Virus record (IMG/VR): IMGVR_UViG_3300005911_000002
Coordinates: 9,213-73,212 of that record
Strand: one strand, 5' to 3'
Length of the DNA stretch: 64,000 nt
Source: a virus
Below are positions 1 to 9,788 of the stretch, in pieces. Position numbers and translations under genes: made by a program. The notes below the pieces were generated by a model. It saw only the letters and a program-made list of their open reading frames with translations, was not told the DNA's origin and did not search any database. Within the stretch, counting starts at the first letter, position 1; each line of letters opens with the position of its first letter.

Positions 1-86
1 ACGTAGGTAGCAAGGGGTTTCTGGAAGACCAGTGCTCTGCTGAGCTGTTCGACTTCAGTGATGCCAACTTTAATGAGAACAGCAGA

Positions 87-785
87 ATGGAGGCAGCCAC
101 ACTTGTATCTACAGCATGCTTCGAGACAGACTCAGGATTTAATAAGGAAAAGTTGTATAACACCTTTGTCAAGAAATGCGAGACTCCATTAGAGTTTATC
201 CGTAGTAACTATGTTGGTACGGGTATCAAGCAATCATACAGGAATATAAAATTTGAAACATTTGGTGAAGGTATGGACGGGACTGGCAAAGCAGCAGTTA
301 AAGAGTATAACTCTATCATACAGGCCCATAAAGATACAATAGCATGTTTCAAACTGAGAATACCACTAAAGGTAGTTGGGCACATAGTACGGCATAGAAA
401 CTTCTCATTTATGCAAACTAGTCGGAGGTACACCAAAGTAGAACCGTACGATTTCTATATAAACGAGAAGGTCCCCCGGAACATGGCAAAGAGTCAGATA
501 AGAAGTGGAATCGAGTCCTATCAGAGGTTACTTGAGTTGGGAATTAAACCGGAAGATGCAAGAGACGTACTACCATCGTATGCCCTAATGACAACCTTAT
601 GGGTTATGGGTGATGTCAAAGCTTTCCAGAATTTCTTTAGACTACGATACTACGAAAACCTGATATCGGGAAAGGTAATGCATGAGACCTTCGACACCGC
701 CAAAGCTATGATTCTCCTCATAGAAGAGCATCAGCCCACCTTGTATAACCGGATGAAGCACATGAAATCTGGTATAAACAAGTAA
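87..785 (+). CDS. thyX: FAD-dependent thymidylate synthase; frame is open to the window edge, so the true start may lie upstream
   Basis: ThyX signature RHRx7S (RHRNFSFMQTSRRY), PEDARDVLP, NFFRLR. Confidence 0.9.
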   Translation: MEAATLVSTACFETDSGFNKEKLYNTFVKKCETPLEFIRSNYVGTGIKQSYRNIKFETFGEGMDGTGKAAVKEYNSIIQAHKDTIACFKLRIPLKVVGHIVRHRNFSFMQTSRRYTKVEPYDFYINEKVPRNMAKSQIRSGIESYQRLLELGIKPEDARDVLPSYALMTTLWVMGDVKAFQNFFRLRYYENLISGKVMHETFDTAKAMILLIEEHQPTLYNRMKHMKSGINK

Positions 786-800
786 CAAAAGGAGGCTATT

Positions 801-1382
801 ATGGCAGAAAAGGTATGGTATTGGAAATTAATAAAGAAGCTCCAGGATGTGCACCCTGGCCCTGCATTAAAGAAATTAAGAGAGGGGCGGCAAAGAAAAG
901 AGCAGGACGCAAAGATAGCAGACGTAGCTGCATTCGTAGGATTAAAGGTGTCCTCCCTGCAATCTTACGAGAAGGGTATTGAGGAACATCTCATAGCCCC
1001 AAAGGAAGTTATGACCGCACTAGCTGCAAGGTTGTTCGTAGATCTGGACGATTTCCCAAAGATACGGGATTATTATTTGCCTAAGAAGGCTAATAGTAAC
1101 GTTGAGATAATGAGGCCGACGATCCGAGCTCAAGAGGAATCTACGGTGGAAAACCAGGTGGATGATGGCAAAACCACAGACAAAATTGTAGTAGAGGTTC
1201 ATAGCGATCTAGAAGAACCTATCCAGGTTGAAATGAACATTGACAACGCGGGGCATGTCCATGTTTTTCTGTACGGTACGGATACCGAAGTTAGGAAAGC
1301 AACATGGATGCCGGCCGCTACAAATAAATACGGGAGTAACGATAAGAGATACACCCCAACACTTAGAAAAACAATATATTAA
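801..1382 (+). CDS. XRE-family HTH DNA-binding protein
   Basis: LKKLRE...IADVAAFVGLKVSSLQSYEKG helix-turn-helix; AGGAGG SD. Confidence 0.65.
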   Translation: MAEKVWYWKLIKKLQDVHPGPALKKLREGRQRKEQDAKIADVAAFVGLKVSSLQSYEKGIEEHLIAPKEVMTALAARLFVDLDDFPKIRDYYLPKKANSNVEIMRPTIRAQEESTVENQVDDGKTTDKIVVEVHSDLEEPIQVEMNIDNAGHVHVFLYGTDTEVRKATWMPAATNKYGSNDKRYTPTLRKTIY

Positions 1383-1385
1383 TAA

Positions 1386-1410
1386 GGAGGGGGGTTTCCC
1401 CTCTTTTTTT
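1386..1410 (+). terminator. Intrinsic terminator
   Basis: GAGGGG/CCCCTC stem followed by a T-run. Confidence 0.7.
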
Positions 1411-1427
1411 ACTAGGGAGATACAACA

Positions 1428-1907
1428 ATGATTAAGATAGCATTATGTGGTCACAGATCAGTAGGTAAGACTACTGCTGCCGAATTCTTTTACAACAGGC
1501 TAACTGGGAAGGGGATGCGGATAGCGAAGTATGATCTACATTACCCTGTCGTGGCTTTACTGAAGCACCTGGGGGTAACTAAGCAGAAGAAGATAGATGG
1601 CATGATAAAGAGCGCCTACGAATATTTGGGTGAGGATATTTTTATAAAGGCCTTCGATGCCCGTACCACCAAATCTTCTACACAATCATATATTATAGAT
1701 AACGTGCACACTAAGCGCGAGTACGAATACCTAGTTAACAACGGATATCTATTTATATCGGTTCATATGGACGACTACCTGGAAAAAGTAGACGCGGTTG
1801 AGTATATGAAACCGTTCTTTTCCTTATACAACTTTGGAGCAAGGGAGGATTTCATGAACGATCTAGAAATACTAATACATAGGATATTAATACATTATGG
1901 CAGTTAG
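1428..1907 (+). CDS. Deoxynucleoside monophosphate kinase-like P-loop protein
   Basis: N-terminal IALCGHRSVGKTT Walker A; IIDNV..KREYEYL pattern of phage dNMP kinases. Confidence 0.6.
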   Translation: MIKIALCGHRSVGKTTAAEFFYNRLTGKGMRIAKYDLHYPVVALLKHLGVTKQKKIDGMIKSAYEYLGEDIFIKAFDARTTKSSTQSYIIDNVHTKREYEYLVNNGYLFISVHMDDYLEKVDAVEYMKPFFSLYNFGAREDFMNDLEILIHRILIHYGS

Positions 1908-3510
1908 AGCACAACTGGTAAACGGAAAAACAAAGTGGATATTGTTAAGAGACAGTGTAGATATAGAGAACTTTTACGGATTGCCACAACGTACTTTTAA
2001 GGGTAGATCATATGTAGAGCTAACATATCACTCTGGGAACAAGGTCATGGAACTTGGATGGGACATCTCTGATGAACTACTGGATGCTATTATGTGTATT
2101 ACAGAAAACATGCTCATGCCGTTGGTCCTTCCGCAGGACATAAAATATAGCACAACACTCACACCCTTCCCCGAGCAGAAGAAGAATATTATGCTACTAG
2201 CCGCAAAAGAAATGAAGTGCCTTTTTTCAGATGTCGGCACCGGTAAAACAGCTATGTGTCTAACCCTAATGAACAGCAGACCTGACCTTAAGTTCTTGGT
2301 AATTACTCGTAACGCTATACGTTACAGCTGGCTATATGAGCGAGACAAGTTCTTCCCAGAGTTGGATTTGGGGACATACAAGGATAGATCCAAACCTGGT
2401 AAAACCAGGATCAACCAAGTAAAGGAACACAGGAACATAGTAGTCAGTTATAATGCCCTTAGTCAGAAGTTCTTTGGTGAGTGGATAAATGATTACTCCC
2501 CGGATGTTGTTATATGTGACGAGTCTCACAACATAAAGAATAGACTTGCCCAAACAAGGTATATTCGAATGAAAGAGATGTTTTATCCCCGCGCTGTTTT
2601 CTACATGGCAACCGCAACCCCGATGCCAAGAGAGTATTTGGACGTGTATACCCAGTATTTTTTAGCTTACTATGGATACCCGATAAAATACTTGGATCAA
2701 ATATATCAGAGGTACTATTTCAAAATAAATGTAGAAGATCGGGAAGTGCACCTACCTAAGCTAGAACTAAGTAACGACTTCCGGACCAGATTTATAGCCC
2801 CTTTTGCAGCAGTTGGAGAAAAACCAGCTAACTTGCCAGCGCTACACTACCACGATATACCAGTTGAAATGAGTGCTGCTCAGGAGAGAGCATATAATCA
2901 GGCAAAGGAAGAGATGATAGCTGAACTCCCATCAAGAAATGCTCTTTTGGTCAATTCCCTACAGCAGACATCTTATTTATTCAGGATAGCTACTGGGTTT
3001 TTATCTGACGGGGTAACCGGCGAGATAACTAGATACCCTACCCCATTTAGGTTTGAGGCTCTGCAGTATATTCTTGACAGGCATCCTGACAGCAAGGTTA
3101 TAATATGGTGTCACTTCAAGGAGAACGTCAGAATGGTGTGCGAATACTTGGCGTCCAAGGGTGAGAAATATACATTTACACACGGTGGTATGGATCATTC
3201 AGCGGCCATTGCAGAATTCAGAGACGGAGATGCTCGGATAATAGTCGCAACTTATGGAACAATATCCTCCGGGTTAAACTTGCAGTTCGCCAATATTAGT
3301 ATAAAGTTTACTATACCCATAGAAGCTAAAAATAGTTACCAAAGTGATGGTAGAATACATCGTACTGGCCAGACAAAAGAATGTCACATATATACATTAT
3401 TTAGTCGTGGAACTTTTGAAGAGAAGTTTTCCAAGGTTTGTCTGCAGAGAGTTAATATGAACAAAGATGTCCACTCAATAGGCCGTGTTAAACTCATAAA
3501 CATGGTATAA
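1897..3510 (+). CDS. SNF2-family SF2 helicase
   Basis: DVGTGKT, DESH, TATP, SGLNLQ and QSDGRIHRTGQ motifs. Confidence 0.9.
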   Translation: MAVRAQLVNGKTKWILLRDSVDIENFYGLPQRTFKGRSYVELTYHSGNKVMELGWDISDELLDAIMCITENMLMPLVLPQDIKYSTTLTPFPEQKKNIMLLAAKEMKCLFSDVGTGKTAMCLTLMNSRPDLKFLVITRNAIRYSWLYERDKFFPELDLGTYKDRSKPGKTRINQVKEHRNIVVSYNALSQKFFGEWINDYSPDVVICDESHNIKNRLAQTRYIRMKEMFYPRAVFYMATATPMPREYLDVYTQYFLAYYGYPIKYLDQIYQRYYFKINVEDREVHLPKLELSNDFRTRFIAPFAAVGEKPANLPALHYHDIPVEMSAAQERAYNQAKEEMIAELPSRNALLVNSLQQTSYLFRIATGFLSDGVTGEITRYPTPFRFEALQYILDRHPDSKVIIWCHFKENVRMVCEYLASKGEKYTFTHGGMDHSAAIAEFRDGDARIIVATYGTISSGLNLQFANISIKFTIPIEAKNSYQSDGRIHRTGQTKECHIYTLFSRGTFEEKFSKVCLQRVNMNKDVHSIGRVKLINMV

Positions 3511-3582
3511 AAAAATATTAAATACCTTGATTATCATCGTAGAATAAGCTAGGATATAATCATCAAATTAGGAGGATTGCGA

Positions 3583-5394
3583 ATGAAAAATTTGGAAGTG
3601 AACACAACTGGACTTAAGATGCTCGGGAAGATACGAATGGGTGAAAAGAGGGGTAATAGACCGGTGGCCCTCGATTATTTCGTACTGAATGGGTGTCCGG
3701 AATTAGAGAAACTTTTCTCTATGAAAGGTATCGATAGTGAAGGCCCGGTGAATGTAAAAGAGATTCCAATCATGTTCCCGAATGTACCATTGGAAGATCT
3801 TCTTTCACTGCACCTTAAATTCTACAAGGGCAACGGGGAGAAGAGATGCTGGGGAAACGGGGTGGACGCTCGTTGGAAATTGGAGGATGGTACTTGGAAA
3901 GAAATTGACTGCCAGTACTACGACTGTAAGTATTATAAGCAGCAGAATGGTGGATGCGCTAAGAAAGCCATCATACGGGTGTTAGTGCCCGCCTCTGACA
4001 GAATTGGATACTACCAGATTGATACTGGTGTGATGAGCTACACAGCTCTTCTCGACCAGCTGCATATGGTACAGAGCCAATTGGGCAGGTATTGGGGGAT
4101 CCCCCTCGTAATGTACATGGGCAAAGAGCATCCCATAATGCCCGACCCAAAGACAGGTCGCGTATGCAGATCAAAAATGGCTGTGAACGTAATGCGCATC
4201 AAGTATCCAGAAAGCATGGATAATATGATTGCAAAATATTCGCTCGATAGTTCTCAGGAAGCTCATATTAACATTGTTAATGAGGCAGATGAGGATGATT
4301 ATATCCTCGAAGATACTGACGAAGCGGCAAGCACTCCCATGGAAGGTCCAATAGATAATGCACCTGAGGTTGAAGTCGAAACTATAGACTCTGAAATAGT
4401 AGACCCCACTAAGAAGAAAGGTCTTGATAACCTTGCTGCACTTAAGGGAGAGAATACCCCACCCGTTGAAAAAGAAAGCGCTATACCACCGATCCCAACG
4501 TCGCTCGCCGAACTAGGGGGGATGCCTGTAAAAGCGTTGCGTAAGCTAGCTACACGCGAAGGATTCCGTAATACATCTAAGATGGATAAGCCCATGGCTA
4601 TAAAAGCTTTGGGAGACAAACTATTTCCAGAGAAAGAAGGGGCGGTAGATGCTGACGAGAAGAAGGGAGAACCTGAGGCTAAAAAGGAAGTTGCAGCGAC
4701 AACTAGCGAACCCGTTATCGACCCAGCAACTACGGGCGATAAAGTTGAGACTGGTAATGAAGAGGCTCCAAAAGAACCCGTCGCAGAAGGTCCGAGTGTT
4801 GCCCTTGTCGACACACTATGTGCAAAAGTTCAAGCTTGGGGAGCCAAGAACATCGAAATAGCTAAGCAGATAAAAGCTCAGTACGGCCTCGAAGGCACGG
4901 CGGTGGATTGGACTGTGGACGAACTGCAGACTGTTATCGGTGAGATAAGAAAACGAACAGCAAAACCTGCTGACAAACCCGTCGATAAACCTGTCGATAA
5001 ACCTGTCGATAAACCTGTCGATAAACCTGTCGATAAACCTGTCGAAACACCCCCTGTTAAGGAAGAAGTAACTCCTCCTGTTAAGGAAGAAGTAATTCCT
5101 CCTGTTAAGGAAGAAGTAACTCATCCTGTTAAGGAAGAAGTAACTCCTCCTGTTAAGGAAGAAGTAACTCCTCCGACCGGTGCAGCAGGAGCCCCCGCAG
5201 GCGGTGACGCAGAACTTGAGACTAGACGGGCAGCCCTGTTAGCACTTGTAGCTAAATACGAGGATCAACCTAAGCTCAAAACAATAGTATCATTTGTCAA
5301 GGGAGTTGCGGAAAAAGCAGTTACCATTTCCAAGATAGAAGGCGCGGAGAACGCACTTAAGAATGGTTTGAAGGTGGCTAAGGTAACCATATGA
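3583..5394 (+). CDS. Recombination protein (Gp3-like / recombination directionality factor family) with a long low-complexity C-terminus
   Basis: GKIRMGEK..LDYF, CWGNG and Cys cluster; sits next to a PD-(D/E)XK nuclease; ATG at 3583 has an AGGAGG SD. Confidence 0.6.
   Translation: MKNLEVNTTGLKMLGKIRMGEKRGNRPVALDYFVLNGCPELEKLFSMKGIDSEGPVNVKEIPIMFPNVPLEDLLSLHLKFYKGNGEKRCWGNGVDARWKLEDGTWKEIDCQYYDCKYYKQQNGGCAKKAIIRVLVPASDRIGYYQIDTGVMSYTALLDQLHMVQSQLGRYWGIPLVMYMGKEHPIMPDPKTGRVCRSKMAVNVMRIKYPESMDNMIAKYSLDSSQEAHINIVNEADEDDYILEDTDEAASTPMEGPIDNAPEVEVETIDSEIVDPTKKKGLDNLAALKGENTPPVEKESAIPPIPTSLAELGGMPVKALRKLATREGFRNTSKMDKPMAIKALGDKLFPEKEGAVDADEKKGEPEAKKEVAATTSEPVIDPATTGDKVETGNEEAPKEPVAEGPSVALVDTLCAKVQAWGAKNIEIAKQIKAQYGLEGTAVDWTVDELQTVIGEIRKRTAKPADKPVDKPVDKPVDKPVDKPVDKPVETPPVKEEVTPPVKEEVIPPVKEEVTHPVKEEVTPPVKEEVTPPTGAAGAPAGGDAELETRRAALLALVAKYEDQPKLKTIVSFVKGVAEKAVTISKIEGAENALKNGLKVAKVTI
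4963..5173 (+). repeat. Coding tandem repeats: 12 bp (DKPV) about 6 times, then 24 bp (EEVTPPVK) about 5 times
   Basis: GTCGATAAACCT and CCTGTTAAGGAAGAAGTAACTCCT units read directly. Confidence 0.95.
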
Positions 5395-6473
5395 TAGCAT
5401 ACCCGCTATCTCCTTCGGCACTGAATACATTCCTTTGGTGCCCCTATGCGTGGTTTGTTAAGAAGGTCCTGGGTTTAGACTCAGGATCTTCTATGTTTGC
5501 TGCGGTAGGTAGAATGTGGCATAAGGTTCTTGAACTATACGTAGCCTATCTGCTTGCTGAAGGTATCGGATCGGATATGTTAATGCTTCGAAAGATATAT
5601 AATGAGGTAATAACACAGTATGGGCCAATGGACTTTGAATACGCCGAGGACTTCTACGATACTATTGCTTCGAAGTGCTATTTAGAACCTGGTTCTCTTG
5701 TAGGACAGGAACTTCGGATAGCGCTTAATCACAGGCTAGAGGTTGTCCCGTACTTCCTTGAGAACGGGAAGGCTGATAACACCGTTATGTGTAGGGGGAT
5801 TATCGATATCGTTACCAAAGTTGATGATGAAAGAATTAAAATACGTGATTATAAGGTCACGTGGAAACTCGGTTACGACTCTGGTATCCAACTTGAGATG
5901 TATGCTATGATGGCACTCGCAAAATACCCATGGGCTCAGTATGTAGATGTAGAGCTATGGTTGATTGGGCGAAACATTGTAACTCCAAGCAAGGCGTATT
6001 CGAGAGAGCAGCTTCCCGACTTTCATCGCAAATATCTGAATTACTATAAAATAATAGAAAATGCGATAGATTTCCCGAAGACTCCTAATCCTAATACGTG
6101 TGTGTACTGCCCAGTTCTTGAGGATTGCGCAGAGGCTTGTGGTTTAATGGAAGATATAGCAGATTACGAATCACTATGCCGTGCCTACACAGTTCATAAG
6201 GCCGCGGCTGACAGATTAAAGTCACGATTAGCAGTTGCATTGAATGCAAGAGCTGACGCCGGGGATCTCACATATGTAACATCTCAGAAGAGAGTTATTA
6301 CGGATAAACCCGCCGCTATAGCAGCTGTACTGAAGTACGCCGACAAAGATGAAATAGCAAATATACTCAGCATTAGTGTTGGGGACGCAGCTAAGCTGGC
6401 GTACACAAAAGAATTTATCGGTGCATCAGAAACAAAAGAGTTTGAAAAGACAATCAGAGAAATACTTAAGTAG
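5391..6473 (+). CDS. PD-(D/E)XK Cas4/RecB-like exonuclease
   Basis: LSPSAL..F..CP, G...H, RGIID, IRDYK, QL..Y, CVYCP...C. Confidence 0.85.
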   Translation: MIAYPLSPSALNTFLWCPYAWFVKKVLGLDSGSSMFAAVGRMWHKVLELYVAYLLAEGIGSDMLMLRKIYNEVITQYGPMDFEYAEDFYDTIASKCYLEPGSLVGQELRIALNHRLEVVPYFLENGKADNTVMCRGIIDIVTKVDDERIKIRDYKVTWKLGYDSGIQLEMYAMMALAKYPWAQYVDVELWLIGRNIVTPSKAYSREQLPDFHRKYLNYYKIIENAIDFPKTPNPNTCVYCPVLEDCAEACGLMEDIADYESLCRAYTVHKAAADRLKSRLAVALNARADAGDLTYVTSQKRVITDKPAAIAAVLKYADKDEIANILSISVGDAAKLAYTKEFIGASETKEFEKTIREILK

Positions 6474-6481
6474 GAGAAACC

Positions 6482-6907
6482 ATGCGGTACATAAAATACG
6501 CAAGACACCATGGTGAAGTTGTCAGGATTATCAGTGCTCCGGAGTACGTGAAATATATTTCCATGTACGTCGAAGTGCACGATAATGCGAAAGATGCTGG
6601 GGCCACCGTGCCCCGGCATACCCTGGCAACCATCGATGGAATACATTTTTTTAATTTCCACTATCGTGAAAGCATCCTTCCACGGGTTATACGTGCTGTA
6701 AAAGGAAAGAAGTTCTATAGTTCGGCTGAGGCAGAGCGCACCTTGTGGGATGAATTTTTTAGGCTTGGGGAAGATGATATATTCGTTGGAGAGTTTAAAA
6801 GAATGGCGGTAACGTTAGCTGATGCGATGGTACGGAAGTCCCGTGAGCAGCTTTTATCCGAGAACACTCTTTCTTCCAGTACACCTCCTAAACCGCCTAG
6901 TGGCTAA
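6482..6907 (+). CDS. Hypothetical protein
   Basis: ORF with AGGAG SD inside the operon. Confidence 0.6.
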   Translation: MRYIKYARHHGEVVRIISAPEYVKYISMYVEVHDNAKDAGATVPRHTLATIDGIHFFNFHYRESILPRVIRAVKGKKFYSSAEAERTLWDEFFRLGEDDIFVGEFKRMAVTLADAMVRKSREQLLSENTLSSSTPPKPPSG

Positions 6908-6946
6908 GGTGGTATAAAAGCATAACATTATACTTAGGAGCCATAA

Positions 6947-9547
6947 ATGGAGATACAACGAAGTTTATTTGAGAGTATTGAGGAATCTTCTCCTGTAGCC
7001 TGCAACGGTTGCCCGTACAACAAGCACCATAGGGTGCGGTTTTACGAAGAGCGGGAGATTAAATGCTCAGATACTCTGGTAATCGTAGACGCTAGGACGG
7101 ACCACGAAATGGGTGGTTTCAAATATGACAGATACATTAAAAAATTCTACCCCGGGGCTATGGTAATTCCACATATTATGTGCGGTCTCAAATATCCAGG
7201 GGAGATACCAAAACAAGGTGCCATGTCTCACTGCAAGAGACTAATAAACAAGTACATAGAAAAGTTTAATTACAAGAAAATAATCGTTAGCGGCTCAAAA
7301 GCTGTTAGCCAATTCATAGGTACTATCGGAGGCGACCTTAAGAATCATGGTATAATATACGATTATAACGGAACACCCGCAATTGTGGAGCTTGGTCTTG
7401 CTATGCTGATGAGCTCCCCCGAGATATCCGATATGGTAGTTAAAAAAGACCCTAGTAAGATGAAGCCCATAGAACTAAAATATACTGTGATATCATCCGA
7501 TTCGGAGCTGGAGCCAATAATCCTTGATGTAATGAATGACATTCTTACATCAGAGATAGTGGCGCTCGATATTGAAACTAACGGTCTAAAGGACGTCCTG
7601 TACGGAATAACAGATAAAGAAGTATACCTCGAACAGGAGATGTTCAAAGCTGACATAAAGAAACCTATAATAACAGCCATAGGGATAGGGACAGATGATA
7701 ACATATACATCTTCCCTGTCAAGCATTTCCAGAGAGAATACGTAGGGACAATGCTGTATGACGTGATTCTGCCAACAGTACTAAGTAGGGAGGTAGTGGG
7801 GGCAAACATAGGGTTTGATCTGCAATGGTTAAATAGAGCACTCAACATGCCTTTCCCGGAAAAAGCCAGGGATATTTTGTTAGAGGATTTTCTTGAAAGA
7901 CAACTCCCCGGACATGGTGGTTTGAAAGAGAACACTAGAAGAAATTTCTATTACCCTGACTGGGAATCAGATATACATCTTTACCCAAGCTATGAATTAA
8001 TACCATGGCCTAGACTCGAGGAGTACCTCGCACATGACATAAATGCAACACGGATGAACGCTAGGTACTACCCACCAAGAATACAACATGCGTGGGAGTT
8101 CTACAACGATGTTCTTACAACAGCGGTGGTTTCATACGCCAAGATGCAAAACAGAGGTATGAAGCTTATACCAGCATCTGGTAGCGGCATAGACAAGAAA
8201 ATACAAAGTAGTTACATGCGTATTCAGAAAGAAGCGAAGCTGGTTGGCAGCAAGAAACCAAGGATCAACCCAGGGTCAAACAAAGACCTAGCGCATGTGT
8301 TGTTTGAATTGTCTGGCTTCTCCCCCGTAGAGGAAACGGATTCGGGAATGCCATCTCTCAATAAAGAGTCATTGCATATCTTCTCAACAAAGCTCGGTAG
8401 TGATTTTGCAGAGGCGGTACTTGAATGGCGAGCTCTCACGAAGATAAAAAGCACCTACCTATCCATCCCAACAAAAAAGTCCACTAAGGACTATATTGTA
8501 CACACAAATTACTCCTTGTACCGAACAGCGTCTGGAAGAACAGCGTCAAGTAACCCAAACTTTCAGAACCTCCCGCGTGGAGATTCTCCGGTTGCTGCCC
8601 TGGTAAAAAAGATGGTGGTGTCGAGATACAGAGGCGGTCTCATAATAGAGAGCGACTTTAGCCAGGCCGAGCTTAGATGTCTTGCATCTGTGTCGAGTGA
8701 TAGAAACATGATTCGCGAGTACTTGCAGCAGATGGCAGATGCTGGCTATTCCCCCGACCTACATAAACTTGCTGCATCTTATATGCTGGACTTGCCCGTG
8801 TCGGAGATAACCAAGGCACTACGCCAGTTCGGTAAAGTCATCAACTTCGGTTTGTTCTATGGTATGACAGAGTATGGCCTACATTACAATCTACGGAAAG
8901 TATGTGCTGAAAAAGGGATAGATGTACCGCATGAAGTTGAGGACTGCATAGTTCTCCTCACTAAGTATTTCAAAGGATTCCCCGGAGTAGATAGGTACAT
9001 GAAAAAATACCGTGCGTTTGCGAAAAACAACGGTTACGTTCTATCACCAATGGGTAGGAAGAGAGTTCTTATGGGGGCTACTGACAAGAATTCTCCAAAG
9101 CATAAAGGTGCCATGAACAAAGCTATCAACACACCCATACAAGTTCTAGCAAGCGACCTTAAGATAATGACCGTAAACAAAATTACGAAGTTGATCGAAG
9201 ATCAGGATCTACCATGCTCCCTTATTAATGAGGTACATGACTCCTGCATAATAGATCTACACGACGCAAAATATGCGGAGGAAGTTATTGGGCTGATGGA
9301 GATGTGTTTCGGTGCCAGTTCCTTTCCAGGAATGGTTGTGCCTATGATAGCTGATAGTAAGATTGGTCCGTCCTGGGGAGAAACTAAGACGGTTATGCCT
9401 AAGAGATGTTGGAAATGTGCCAACATGCAGAGTGGAATATGCTTGATAGGTATGACCAACATAAGTAAAGGGTTTCTCGAAGATACCCTACAAGCTGAGA
9501 ATAGATATATACCTTGTTTGGGGTATAAAAAGATAGATAAAAAATAA
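6947..9547 (+). CDS. polA: Family A DNA polymerase with N-terminal UDG-like domain and 3'-5' exonuclease
   Basis: ALDIET (ExoI), NIGFD (ExoII), DFSQAELR (motif A), RQFGKVINFGLFYG (B), VHDS (C); N-terminal CxxC. Confidence 0.92.
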   Translation: MEIQRSLFESIEESSPVACNGCPYNKHHRVRFYEEREIKCSDTLVIVDARTDHEMGGFKYDRYIKKFYPGAMVIPHIMCGLKYPGEIPKQGAMSHCKRLINKYIEKFNYKKIIVSGSKAVSQFIGTIGGDLKNHGIIYDYNGTPAIVELGLAMLMSSPEISDMVVKKDPSKMKPIELKYTVISSDSELEPIILDVMNDILTSEIVALDIETNGLKDVLYGITDKEVYLEQEMFKADIKKPIITAIGIGTDDNIYIFPVKHFQREYVGTMLYDVILPTVLSREVVGANIGFDLQWLNRALNMPFPEKARDILLEDFLERQLPGHGGLKENTRRNFYYPDWESDIHLYPSYELIPWPRLEEYLAHDINATRMNARYYPPRIQHAWEFYNDVLTTAVVSYAKMQNRGMKLIPASGSGIDKKIQSSYMRIQKEAKLVGSKKPRINPGSNKDLAHVLFELSGFSPVEETDSGMPSLNKESLHIFSTKLGSDFAEAVLEWRALTKIKSTYLSIPTKKSTKDYIVHTNYSLYRTASGRTASSNPNFQNLPRGDSPVAALVKKMVVSRYRGGLIIESDFSQAELRCLASVSSDRNMIREYLQQMADAGYSPDLHKLAASYMLDLPVSEITKALRQFGKVINFGLFYGMTEYGLHYNLRKVCAEKGIDVPHEVEDCIVLLTKYFKGFPGVDRYMKKYRAFAKNNGYVLSPMGRKRVLMGATDKNSPKHKGAMNKAINTPIQVLASDLKIMTVNKITKLIEDQDLPCSLINEVHDSCIIDLHDAKYAEEVIGLMEMCFGASSFPGMVVPMIADSKIGPSWGETKTVMPKRCWKCANMQSGICLIGMTNISKGFLEDTLQAENRYIPCLGYKKIDKK

Positions 9548-9559
9548 GGAAGGTGAATC

Positions 9560-9658
9560 ATGAGATATCTTTTGTGTGGTGCTATGCTATCTTTGTTTAT
9601 TGTTGCTGGTTGGACTTTTTTCAGAGATAACACCGAGAAAACAATACGATTAAACTAA
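9560..9658 (+). CDS. 32-aa single-TM peptide (not in ORF track)
   Basis: AAGGAAGGTG SD; MRYLLCGAMLSLFIVAGWTFFRDNTEKTIRLN. Confidence 0.55.
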   Translation: MRYLLCGAMLSLFIVAGWTFFRDNTEKTIRLN

Positions 9659-9684
9659 GAAAGAGGCCCGGGGGCCTCTTTTTT
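9659..9684. terminator. Probably bidirectional terminator between convergent operons
   Basis: AAGAGGCC/GGCCTCTT stem with a T-run on the plus strand. Confidence 0.75.
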
Positions 9685-9788
9685 ATTACGTAGACATGTC
9701 TGTATGTCTAACTTCGTAAACTCTCCTTATTACATTAACCGTACAACTTTTGACAATCGACTCGCGGCTATTTTGGTTGTATTGGGTA

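Noticed and set aside
4963-5173. CRISPR or regulatory repeat
   Set aside because: Units are multiples of 3 and lie in frame inside a CDS.
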